Assembly: GCA_948439405.1 (NCBI GenBank)
Contig: CAOJNB010000008.1
Coordinates: 829-64,828 of the forward strand
DNA length: 64,000 nt
DNA from: an uncultured Coriobacteriaceae bacterium
Lineage (GTDB): Bacteria; Actinomycetota; Coriobacteriia; Coriobacteriales; Atopobiaceae
Direction of reading: 5' to 3'
The notes under the pieces are model-generated. The model did no database searches, was not told where the DNA came from, and was given only the letters and a program-made list of their open reading frames with translations. This document shows positions 56,433 to 64,000 of the stretch, piece by piece (position 1 is the stretch's first letter; each line of letters starts with the position of its first letter). The position numbers and the translations under genes are program-made.

Positions 56433-57860
56433 CTACTTCGAGGAGAGGTAGGCGAGCTTCGTCGCGTTCTCGGCCGCGGTGTAGCTCATGGCACCCTTCC
56501 CGACCTTCTGCGGGTCGTAATCCGACTGCTGGATCACGCCGCTGTACTCCTCGATCACCTTCACGTAGGCGTCGCTTTGCACGAACTCGAAGGGGTCGGT
56601 CGCCCACTCGATGCGGTTCTCGCCGGGTCGGCACTCCATGAGGGCTCGGAGGCCGAAGACGAGCGGATAGAGGAATCCGTCGGGGACGGGCTTGTCGACC
56701 TTGCGCTGGAAGAAGGGGGTCGTGTATCCGCCCTTCTTCTTGCCCATGCCCTTGACGGCGCCGATGTTGCCGTAGTGGCCCTCGTAGTGCTGAGGGAAGA
56801 GCTCGTAGAGCACGTCGAAGAGGTCCGGCAGGTCCACGGCGACCTTGAGAGCGCTCTCGACCTGGATGTCCTTCAGCTCCTTCTTGGAGGAGCCCGTGTC
56901 GTTCGAGATCGCCGGATCCTGCATGAGGTCGAGGTACTTGGAAAGGCACTTCTCCTTGCCGGCGTAGATCAGCGTCGGCTTCGGAGCGTCGACGACCTTG
57001 TCGTCGGACGAGGGCGCCGTCCACTTGGTCAGCGAGAGGGGGATCCAGGCGAGCGCGACGAGATCGCGGCTCCTCACCCTCCCGCCGTCGTTGTCCTTCC
57101 CGCTGATGTCCTGCTCGAACTCGGGATCGCTCTCGCGGAAGAGGGCGCGGAACGAGTCGTAGAGCCCGGCCTTGTCACCCTTGGTGCTCTGGGAGAGCTG
57201 CGCGTTGTTGTTACGCGCCGCGCAGATCTCGAGCAGCGAGGAGCGGAAGGCCTCGACGCACAGCTCGTCGTCCTGCCTCAGGGGGACGAGGAGCTCGACG
57301 GGCACCTCGAACTTGAGGAGGCCGATCTCGCGCTCCCGCAGGGAGGAAGGATCCTCCCTGATCATGCACAGGTACTCGTCGACGTCGTCGCGCAGCTCGC
57401 ACCAGCGGGACTTGAACTTCTCCCAGATGTTCATGTCCGACGTGCGCGGAGCCTTCTTGCCGAGGGCCCTTTCGGCCTCGGCGAGGATGTACGCGCCGGC
57501 GGCGAGCGTGTTGTGGCCTCCGTCGAGAATGCCCTCGGTCTCCCGGTCCTCGAACACGAGGCGGATGCGGTTCCTGTCGAAGCTGGAGTTACAGCCCGAG
57601 GCTGCGAGGAGCAGTCCCTTCGACTTGATCGGGAAGAGGGGGTTGCTGGGGTTGGCCTCGTCGGCCCTGATCGAATCCTGGATGGCCGCGGTGATGGGAC
57701 CGAGCTTCGAGTTGCGGGGGTTCGCCTCGAGGTCGAGGCAATCGATCAGGTCCACGAGGTACTTCCCGCGCATCAAGCCGATGATGCGCCGGATGCATCC
57801 GATCTCCTGCTCGCTGCGCTGACGGAGCTGAATGATCGCGGTGGAGGTGGTGCTCGCCAT
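56433..57860 (-). CDS. Orphan hypothetical protein, tentatively AIPR-like / ParB-Srx-like (DGGH motif); candidate abortive-infection or defence protein
   Basis: 475 aa, Lys-rich and lower in GC than its neighbours (35/60 at 56881..56940). Motifs ANPRNSK...KGLLLAAS...GILDGGHNTLAAG. ATG at 57860 with GAGAAGGGA upstream; the frame stays open to 58091. Confidence 0.6.
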   Translation of the reverse strand: MASTTSTAIIQLRQRSEQEIGCIRRIIGLMRGKYLVDLIDCLDLEANPRNSKLGPITAAIQDSIRADEANPSNPLFPIKSKGLLLAASGCNSSFDRNRIRLVFEDRETEGILDGGHNTLAAGAYILAEAERALGKKAPRTSDMNIWEKFKSRWCELRDDVDEYLCMIREDPSSLREREIGLLKFEVPVELLVPLRQDDELCVEAFRSSLLEICAARNNNAQLSQSTKGDKAGLYDSFRALFRESDPEFEQDISGKDNDGGRVRSRDLVALAWIPLSLTKWTAPSSDDKVVDAPKPTLIYAGKEKCLSKYLDLMQDPAISNDTGSSKKELKDIQVESALKVAVDLPDLFDVLYELFPQHYEGHYGNIGAVKGMGKKKGGYTTPFFQRKVDKPVPDGFLYPLVFGLRALMECRPGENRIEWATDPFEFVQSDAYVKVIEEYSGVIQQSDYDPQKVGKGAMSYTAAENATKLAYLSSK

Positions 57861-58163
57861 TTCGAATCCCTTCTCGTCCGCCGTCCCCTGCCGGGACGGC
57901 ACCTTCGGTTGCGAGAAGGATCCTCGGATCGCCCGGAATATGAAATGAGCCGGTCTCCCGGCTCCAGACAAGCATATGAGACGCCCTTCGGCGCCTCGCA
58001 TCCATTGCCCGGAGATCATCCGATCCCACTTGCTCCAGCCTCCTGTCCAGGAGACTGAGCGCATGATCTCTCTGCGGGACGGAAAGATCAAGATCTGAGT
58101 CCGGATGCCACGGCAGTCGGCTCCGTTGGCGGATCAGGCATCCCACCCACGACAGCCCTCGCG

Positions 58164-59000
58164 TCACCTGCCGACGAGGTCCCTCAGCCGCTCCCGGGCC
58201 ACGCGGGCCAGGTCGCGCGCGTAGGTGGCGCGCAGGTTGGGGAAGGCGTCGAGGACGCGGCGCTCCTGGGAGGTCAGCACGCGTCGCAAGCCGCGGCGGA
58301 GCTCCTCGGCCTGGCGCGAGCGGGCGACGTCCGCGCCGAGCTCGCGCACCGCGTCCAGCAGGCGCCTGCCCGTGTCCCCCAGGTCCGCGACCTGCCCGAG
58401 CCAGTCCTGCGCGGCGGAGAGGGCGGAGGCGTCGGGCAGGTGCTCCTGCAGGGTCTCGGCGAGCTGCGCCCCCATGCGGGATGCCATCGTGCGGAAGCCG
58501 GAGAGGCCGAGCAGCGTCACGGCGAGGTCGCACGCCATCGCGACGGCCAGCAGGGTCGCGACGGGGGCGAGCAGCACGGGCGGCCAGGAGGCGAGCGCGT
58601 CGTCGAGGGCGGGCTGGACGAAGAGGCAGATGGCGATCGTGCCCGCCCCGAACAGGCAGGCGCCCGCCGCGCACACGCGGCCGTGCAGGTTCAGGCGGCG
58701 GTGCGAGTAGTCCCACCAGCGCGCGTGGAAGGCCGCCTCCATCGCCCAGGAGGTGGCGTACTCCAGGCAGCTGCACGCGACGGCTCCGGCGAGGAAGAGC
58801 GCGACGGGGTTGCGCACGCCCGAGAACAGCATGGCGTCCAGGCACGCCCCCGCCCCGTAGATCGGGCACCACGGCCCGTTGAGGAAGCCGCGGTTGACCG
58901 GCCGGCGCTCGTGCAGGGAGCAGTAGACGCACTCCCACGCCCAGCCCACGGCGCTGTACAGCACGAAGGCCACGATCCACGCGGCGAGCCCGCCCCTCAT
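58164..59000 (-). CDS. CmpB-like (putative ABC-transporter type IV, DUF1113) membrane protein
   Basis: N-terminus FVLYSAVGWAWECVYCSL...NRGFLNGPWCPIYG is typical of the family. ATGA overlap with the HD gene. Confidence 0.72.
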   Translation of the reverse strand: MRGGLAAWIVAFVLYSAVGWAWECVYCSLHERRPVNRGFLNGPWCPIYGAGACLDAMLFSGVRNPVALFLAGAVACSCLEYATSWAMEAAFHARWWDYSHRRLNLHGRVCAAGACLFGAGTIAICLFVQPALDDALASWPPVLLAPVATLLAVAMACDLAVTLLGLSGFRTMASRMGAQLAETLQEHLPDASALSAAQDWLGQVADLGDTGRRLLDAVRELGADVARSRQAEELRRGLRRVLTSQERRVLDAFPNLRATYARDLARVARERLRDLVGR

Positions 59001-59527
59001 CGCGAGACGCCTCCCTCGGGACGGGCCGCGCGCGCCAGGCGCGCCGGGACGTCGCGGACGACCTCGGCCACGGTGCAGCCCTTGTCCGCGAGGCACACGA
59101 GCCACGCCTCGGCGGAGCGCGGCGGACGCGTCGGCGGGAGCGGGAACATGTGGGAGAGCACGACCCGGCGCACGGCCTCGTCCGCCCCGAAGTCGCGCTC
59201 GGCGTTCTCCGCGGCGTAGCGCGGGTGCATCGTCGCGTGGCGGGGGCGGCTCGAGGCGCGGTCGTGCCAGTCGTAGAGGAAGTAGTCGTGCAGCAGTGCG
59301 CCGCGCACGAGCACGCGCTCGTCGACGCGGAGGCGCCAGGCGCGCGCCAGGCGCAGGGCGCAGGCCGCGACGGCGACGCAGTGGTCGCGGACGCTGGTCG
59401 AGCCGTGCTGGGGCAGCCCCGCGCAGCGAAGCATCCCCTCGGAGGCGAGGATGTCCGCGCCGTGCTCGGCGATGGCGTCGCTGACGCGGTCGCTTCCCAC
59501 GCGATCCTCCTGTCCCCGGGAGCCCAT
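58997..59527 (-). CDS. HD-domain phosphohydrolase
   Basis: HGSTSVRDH...LLHDY resembles an H...HD...D arrangement. 176 aa. Confidence 0.72.
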   Translation of the reverse strand: MGSRGQEDRVGSDRVSDAIAEHGADILASEGMLRCAGLPQHGSTSVRDHCVAVAACALRLARAWRLRVDERVLVRGALLHDYFLYDWHDRASSRPRHATMHPRYAAENAERDFGADEAVRRVVLSHMFPLPPTRPPRSAEAWLVCLADKGCTVAEVVRDVPARLARAARPEGGVSR

Positions 59528-59649
59528 GCCGCACGCCCAGGGTACCAGACGCCCCCGCAGGCCCCGCTCGCCTACCGGGAGGCCCCTCGGGCGTTCGAGC
59601 GGCCCCTCGAGGGGTACAGGTGCATGACGTGCCGATGCCGGGAGGTCCC

Positions 59650-61134
59650 ATGGAACGTGACTCGATATGCGGGATGTGGCGCGACCAGGTCAGGCGCGAC
59701 CCGGGGGCGCTCGCCGTCGTCGACGGGGGGCGCCGCCTCGACCGCCGCTCGCTCGACCTCCTCGCCGGCGCCCTCGCGTCGCGCCTGACCGCGGGCTGCC
59801 GCAGGGTGGGCGTCGTCATGGAGCGCTCGGCCGAGATGGTCGCGGCCCTGCTGGGGATCCTCGGCACGGGCGCCGCGTACGTGCCCGCCGAGCCGTCGCT
59901 TCCCGCAGCGCGCGTCCGAACCATGATGGGGGACGCCGAGGTCGACGCCATGGTCGTCGCACCCGGGCTCGAGAGGCTCGCCGAGGGGCGCCCCTGCCTC
60001 GTCGTCGGGCCCGGGACGGAGGGGACGGCCCGTCCCGCACCGTGCCGCGCCTCCGGAGAGGACCTCGCCTACGTCCTGTTCACCTCCGGCTCCACCGGCC
60101 GCCCGAAGGGCGTCGCCGTGCGCAACCGCAACGTCTGCCACTACGTCCGCGCGTTCGCCGAGGAGTTCCGTCCGGGGCCCGGCGACGTGATGCTCCAGTG
60201 CTCCGTGTGCTCCTTCGACATCTTCGTCGAGGAGGTCTTCGGGTCGCTGCTCAACGGCGCGGCGCTCGCGATCCCCTCCCCCGCCGAGCGCTCCGGCGCC
60301 GCCTCCCTCATGCGCTTCGCCGGGCGCGCCGGCGTCACCATCGTCAGCGGGTTCCCCTACCTGCTCGCCGACCTCAACCGCCTGCCGTCGCTTCCCCCGT
60401 CGGTCCGCCTGCTCATCAGCGGCGGCGACGTCCTGCGCGCCGCCTACGTCGACCGCCTCCTCCCGCAGGCGGAGGTCTACAACACGTACGGGCCGTCCGA
60501 GACGACCGTGTGCGCGACCTACCAGCGCTGCAACGGCGTCGAGCCGCTCCCGGACGGGACCTACCCCGTCGGCCGCCCCGTGCGCGGGGCGACGGTCGAG
60601 CTGCTCGACGAGCGGCTCCGCCCGGTGCCCGCGGGCGAGGTCGGCGAGATCTGCATCTCGGGCGGGGGCGTCTCGGCGGGCTACGTCGCGGGGACCGGGC
60701 GCGACGAGCGGGCCTTCGTGCAGCGCGGGGACGGCGGCGTCCTCTACCGCAGCGGCGACATGGGCCGCGCCCTCCCGGACGGCTCCCTCGCCTTCCTGCA
60801 CCGCAGGGACTCGCAGGTGATGATCGGCGGCAGGCGCGTCGAGCCGGGGGAGGCGGAGTCCGCGCTCGCCTCCCTGCCAGGCGTGGCCCGCGCCGTCGTG
60901 CACGCGTTCGAGGACAGCGACGGGCTCCCCTACCTCGTGGGCTACGTCGTGGCCGAGGACGAGGCGGCCCCGCCCGGCGCCTCCGCGCTGCGCCGCGGGA
61001 TGTCCCGGCTGCTGCCGGACTACATGGTCCCCGAGTTCCTCGTGCTCGTGCGGGAGCTGCCCCTCACGGACCGGGGCAAGGTCGACGCGCGGGCCCTGCC
61101 CGTCGTCCTGAAGGAGGGGTCGCATGGGCTGTGA
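59650..61134 (+). CDS. Stand-alone adenylation (AMP-forming, NRPS A-domain/DltA-like) enzyme without carrier domain
   Basis: Core motifs LAYVLFTSGSTGRPKGV, NTYGPSETTV, YRSGDMG, GGRRVEPGEAE, PLTDRGKVD. ATG at 59650 with GGGAGG 5 nt upstream. Confidence 0.88.
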   Translation: MERDSICGMWRDQVRRDPGALAVVDGGRRLDRRSLDLLAGALASRLTAGCRRVGVVMERSAEMVAALLGILGTGAAYVPAEPSLPAARVRTMMGDAEVDAMVVAPGLERLAEGRPCLVVGPGTEGTARPAPCRASGEDLAYVLFTSGSTGRPKGVAVRNRNVCHYVRAFAEEFRPGPGDVMLQCSVCSFDIFVEEVFGSLLNGAALAIPSPAERSGAASLMRFAGRAGVTIVSGFPYLLADLNRLPSLPPSVRLLISGGDVLRAAYVDRLLPQAEVYNTYGPSETTVCATYQRCNGVEPLPDGTYPVGRPVRGATVELLDERLRPVPAGEVGEICISGGGVSAGYVAGTGRDERAFVQRGDGGVLYRSGDMGRALPDGSLAFLHRRDSQVMIGGRRVEPGEAESALASLPGVARAVVHAFEDSDGLPYLVGYVVAEDEAAPPGASALRRGMSRLLPDYMVPEFLVLVRELPLTDRGKVDARALPVVLKEGSHGL

Positions 61135-61618
61135 CGTCACGGTCCGCCGGGTCGGCCCCGACGAGCTCGACGAGCTCGTCGCCTGGCGGATGGAGGTGCT
61201 GCGCTGCGTCTTCGAGCTCCCTGAGGACGCGGACGTCTCCGCGCTGCGCGAGGAGAACCTGCGCTACTACCGAGAGGAGCTCCCCCGCGGCGGACACGTC
61301 GCCGCCTTCGCCGAGCTCGGAGGGGAGCGCGTCGGCTGCGCGGCCCTCTGCCTGCAGCGGGAGATGCCCTCCCCGGACAACCCCGACGGGCGCTGCGCCT
61401 ACCTCATGAACGTCTACGTCCGCCCGGCGCACCGCGGGCGCGGCGTCGCCCGGGCGCTCGTGTCGCGGCTCGTGTCCTGGGCGCGCGAGCGGGGAATCCC
61501 CAAGGTCTACCTCGAGACGACGCCGGCCGCGCGCCCCCTCTACGAGTCGCTGGGCTTCCGCGACATGCCGGACTACATGATCCTCGCCGATTCCAGGACG
61601 CCGGGGGGCGCGCGATGA
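61124..61618 (+). CDS. GNAT-family N-acyltransferase
   Basis: VRPAHRGRGVARALV (acyl-CoA-binding Q/R-x-x-G-x-G/A motif). RBS AAGGAGGGG. Overlaps the adenylation gene's 3' end by 11 nt. Confidence 0.85.
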   Translation: MGCDVTVRRVGPDELDELVAWRMEVLRCVFELPEDADVSALREENLRYYREELPRGGHVAAFAELGGERVGCAALCLQREMPSPDNPDGRCAYLMNVYVRPAHRGRGVARALVSRLVSWARERGIPKVYLETTPAARPLYESLGFRDMPDYMILADSRTPGGAR

Positions 61619-62316
61619 GGCCCGCACGCACGATCCGGGTCGCGGGTCACCGCGTCGAGCTGCGGCCCTGCGACGGGCCCGCGCCGCTCGTCTGCCTCAC
61701 CGTGCACGACCCGATGGCCGAGCGCCTGCTCGGCGCGTGCCGGGACGAGGGGTGCCCGCCCTTCCACCTCCTCGAGGTGACGGGGCTGCGCTGGGACGAG
61801 GAGCTCTCCCCCTGGCCGAGCGACCCGGTGTTGGGCGAGGACGACCGCTTCGCCGGCGAGGCGCCCGGCTACCTCGCGCTGCTGCTCGACGAGGTCCTGC
61901 CCGAGGCCGAGCGGCTCGCCGAGCAGCGCGGGAGGGTGGTCGCCGGGTACTCGATGGGCGGGCTGTTCGCGCTCTGGGCGGCGCATGCCTGCGACGCCTT
62001 CCGGGCGGCCGTCTCGGCCTCCGGGTCCGTGTGGTACCCGGGCTTCGCCGACTTCGCGCTCTCCCGCCCGCTCTCCCCTGCCGTCGAGGCGGCCTACCTC
62101 TCGATCGGGGACCGCGAGAGCCGCACGCGCAACCCGGTCCTGCGCACGACGGAGGAGGCGTCGCGCAGGATCGCCGACGCCTACGCGCGCTCCGGCGTCC
62201 GCGCGACCTTCGCGCTCGAGCCCGGCGACCACTTCCGCGACGCGGCCGGGCGCTGCGCCCGCGGCATCGCCTGGGCGCTGCGTGCGCTCGGGGGGCGAAG
62301 GGACGCGGGCGCCTGA
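61615..62316 (+). CDS. Alpha/beta-hydrolase esterase (IroE/Fes-like 'putative esterase' family)
   Basis: Nucleophile elbow GYSMGGLFALWAA. ATGA overlap with the GNAT gene. Confidence 0.78.
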   Translation: MRPARTIRVAGHRVELRPCDGPAPLVCLTVHDPMAERLLGACRDEGCPPFHLLEVTGLRWDEELSPWPSDPVLGEDDRFAGEAPGYLALLLDEVLPEAERLAEQRGRVVAGYSMGGLFALWAAHACDAFRAAVSASGSVWYPGFADFALSRPLSPAVEAAYLSIGDRESRTRNPVLRTTEEASRRIADAYARSGVRATFALEPGDHFRDAAGRCARGIAWALRALGGRRDAGA

Positions 62317-62351
62317 GGCCCCCGGCCCCGCGGGCGGGCGCGGCCGTCGCC

Positions 62352-63389
62352 CTACCAGATGCCGAGCACGTGCTGCATGCCAAGGCTCACGAGGGCGATC
62401 GCGACCCAGCAGGCGAGGCCCATGAGGATCGGCTTGCCGCCCGTGCGCACGAGCCTGACGACGTTCGTGTTGAACCCGATCGCCGCCATCGCCATCACGA
62501 TCAGGAACTTCGAGAGCTCCTTGATCGGGGCCGTGACCGCCGCGGGCAGGGCGAAGACGGTCGTCACGACGCTCGCGAGCACAAACAGCAGGATGAAGAA
62601 GGGGAAGATGCGGCGCAGGTCGAAGCCGGCGTCCTCCCCCTCCGCCGCCCCGGAGCGGGCGCGGCGGGCCTGCCACACCGCGAGGGCCAGCGTGATCGGG
62701 ATGATCGCGAGCGTGCGGGTGAGCTTGACGATGGTGGCGGCGTCGAGCGTGTTCGCGCCCGGGTGCATCCCATCCCAGGCCGCCGCCGCGGCCGTCACCG
62801 AGGAGGTGTCGTTCACCGCGGTGCCCGCGAACAGGCCGAAGCCCTCGTTCGTGAGGCCGAGCGCGCCGCCGAGGGTGGGGAACACGAGCGCCGCGATCAC
62901 GTTGAACAGGAAGATGACGCTGATGGCCTGGGCGATCTCCTCGTCGTCGGCGTCGATGACGGGAGCCGTGGCGGCGATGGCCGAGCCGCCGCAGATCGAG
63001 GAGCCCACGCCGATGAGCGTGGAGATCCTCCCGGGCACGCCGAGGGCGCGGCACAGGACGAACGCCACCACGAGCGACGTCGTGATGGTGGACACGATGA
63101 TGGGCAGCGACGTCACGCCCACCTGGGCGATCTGGGAGAGGTTGAGCCCGAACCCGAGCAGGATGACGGCGTACTGCAGGACCTTCTTCGAGGTGAACCT
63201 GACCCCCGCCGCGAGCGGCTCCGCCGCGCGCTCCGGGACCGCGAGAGCGAGCGCCATGCCGATCAGGATGGCGAAGACCGGGCCTCCCACCACCTCGAAC
63301 CTCCTGCCGAGCAGCCACGCCGGCACGGCGACGGCCAGCGCGAACAGCACGCCCCTCCACGTCGACCTGAAGTCCCTGACGAGCTCCAT
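62352..63389 (-). CDS. YeiH/UPF0324-family putative sulfate-exporter-type membrane protein
   Basis: Polytopic, with family-typical ends and the usual divergent LysR partner. ATG at 63389 with GGAGGGGGAG upstream. Confidence 0.8.
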   Translation of the reverse strand: MELVRDFRSTWRGVLFALAVAVPAWLLGRRFEVVGGPVFAILIGMALALAVPERAAEPLAAGVRFTSKKVLQYAVILLGFGLNLSQIAQVGVTSLPIIVSTITTSLVVAFVLCRALGVPGRISTLIGVGSSICGGSAIAATAPVIDADDEEIAQAISVIFLFNVIAALVFPTLGGALGLTNEGFGLFAGTAVNDTSSVTAAAAAWDGMHPGANTLDAATIVKLTRTLAIIPITLALAVWQARRARSGAAEGEDAGFDLRRIFPFFILLFVLASVVTTVFALPAAVTAPIKELSKFLIVMAMAAIGFNTNVVRLVRTGGKPILMGLACWVAIALVSLGMQHVLGIW

Positions 63390-63499
63390 GCGCTCCCCCT
63401 CCGTCGTCTGCACGTGAGTACCAGCCTACTGCCGGCGGTTATAAAGGTCTCTGCCACAATGCTTATGGATGCATCGGGATTTCGGATGATGGAGGGCCC

Positions 63500-64000
63500 A
63501 TGCTTGACTACCGCGTCCGCACCTTCCTCGAGACCTGCCGCACCGGAAGCGTCACCCGGGCGGCGCGAGAGCTCAGCATCAGCCAGCCCGCCGCCTCCCA
63601 GCACCTCCGCCAGCTCGAGCGCCGCTACGGCTGCGCGCTGCTCGCCAAGAGCGGGCGCGGGATGGAGCCGACGCAGGCCGGACGGGTCCTCTACCGCGCG
63701 CTGAGCGTCATGGAGGCCGACGAGGAGCGGCTCGCGCGCGACCTCGAGGCCCTCGCCGGCGACGCGAGGCCGCCGCTGCGCCTCGGCTGCACGCGCACCA
63801 TCGCCGACCACCTCGCGCCGAACCTCCTGGCGGCCCACCTGCGGCGCCACCCCGACGAGCGCCTCCTCATGCGCACCGGCAACACCCACGAGCTCGTCGA
63901 CCTCATCGGCCGGGGCGAGGTCGACTTCGCCCTCGTCGAGGGACCCTTCGACCATGCGACGCTCGACTCCGAGCCCCTCTCGCGCGAGGCCTGCGTCGTG
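63500..64000 (+). CDS. LysR-family transcriptional regulator, 5' part (runs off the window)
   Basis: Absent from the track because the frame is open to the window end. My translation begins MLDYRVRTFLETCRTGSVTRAARELSISQPAASQHLRQLE. GGAGGG lies 3 nt before the ATG. Confidence 0.85.
   Translation, partial: MLDYRVRTFLETCRTGSVTRAARELSISQPAASQHLRQLERRYGCALLAKSGRGMEPTQAGRVLYRALSVMEADEERLARDLEALAGDARPPLRLGCTRTIADHLAPNLLAAHLRRHPDERLLMRTGNTHELVDLIGRGEVDFALVEGPFDHATLDSEPLSREACVV

Overview
High-GC bacterial chromosome segment. Hand counts give 40/60 G+C at 1..60, against 28/60 inside the atypical island at 25921..25980. I call about 55 protein-coding genes and recognise no rRNA or tRNA genes, CRISPR arrays, transposases or integrases. 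Most long ORFs in the six-frame track are Arg/Gly/Pro/Ala-rich shadow ORFs of real genes, as expected for high-GC DNA. Calls rest on recognisable motifs, Shine-Dalgarno-like sequences and 4-nt ATGA/GTGA start-stop overlaps. The gene content includes single-chain PurL, an LPXTG/BspA-type surface protein, NiaR plus nadABC, FprA, CsoR-CopA and a GlnR-like orphan regulator. This suggests an anaerobic Gram-positive actinobacterium, possibly Coriobacteriia (inference only). Layout: purL 3' end; ligA-MTHFS-folC; csoR-copA; htrA-like protease; a nitrogen-type cluster (GS-like gene, polar amino-acid ABC transporter, GlnR-like regulator); gpmA. Next come a zinc-ribbon/Ltp surface protein, a URO-D-family protein, an aldose epimerase, a DUF2130 protein, a TIGR00266 protein and fprA. 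A low-GC islet encodes an LPXTG leucine-rich-repeat protein, followed by a membrane protein-Ser/Thr kinase-FHA operon and nadA-nadB-nadC-niaR. Then come a giant FtsX/MacB-type ABC pair, a DinJ/RelB-PIN toxin-antitoxin pair, LysR plus a heterodimeric ABC exporter, a DUF559-like gene, an MBL hydrolase and an ABC-2 transporter with corA. The final third holds SPFH plus an Arc-like RHH gene, an AlbA_2-domain protein coupled to an AlkA-like glycosylase, DAHP synthase, proline iminopeptidase and an orphan AIPR/ParB-like gene. It ends with HD plus a CmpB-like membrane protein, an adenylation enzyme-GNAT-esterase operon, and yeiH-like plus LysR. The best follow-ups are: (1) a glutamine-synthetase paralogue with most catalytic metal ligands substituted, next to a GlnR-like atypical regulator; (2) the carrier-less adenylation-GNAT-esterase cassette; (3) the orphan AIPR/ParB-like candidate defence gene; (4) the AlbA_2-AlkA coupled pair; (5) a strand-specific 54-bp hairpin repeat family; (6) the low-GC LRR islet beside the kinase/FHA operon. 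None of these functional interpretations is verified. They are read from sequence and recalled family knowledge only.
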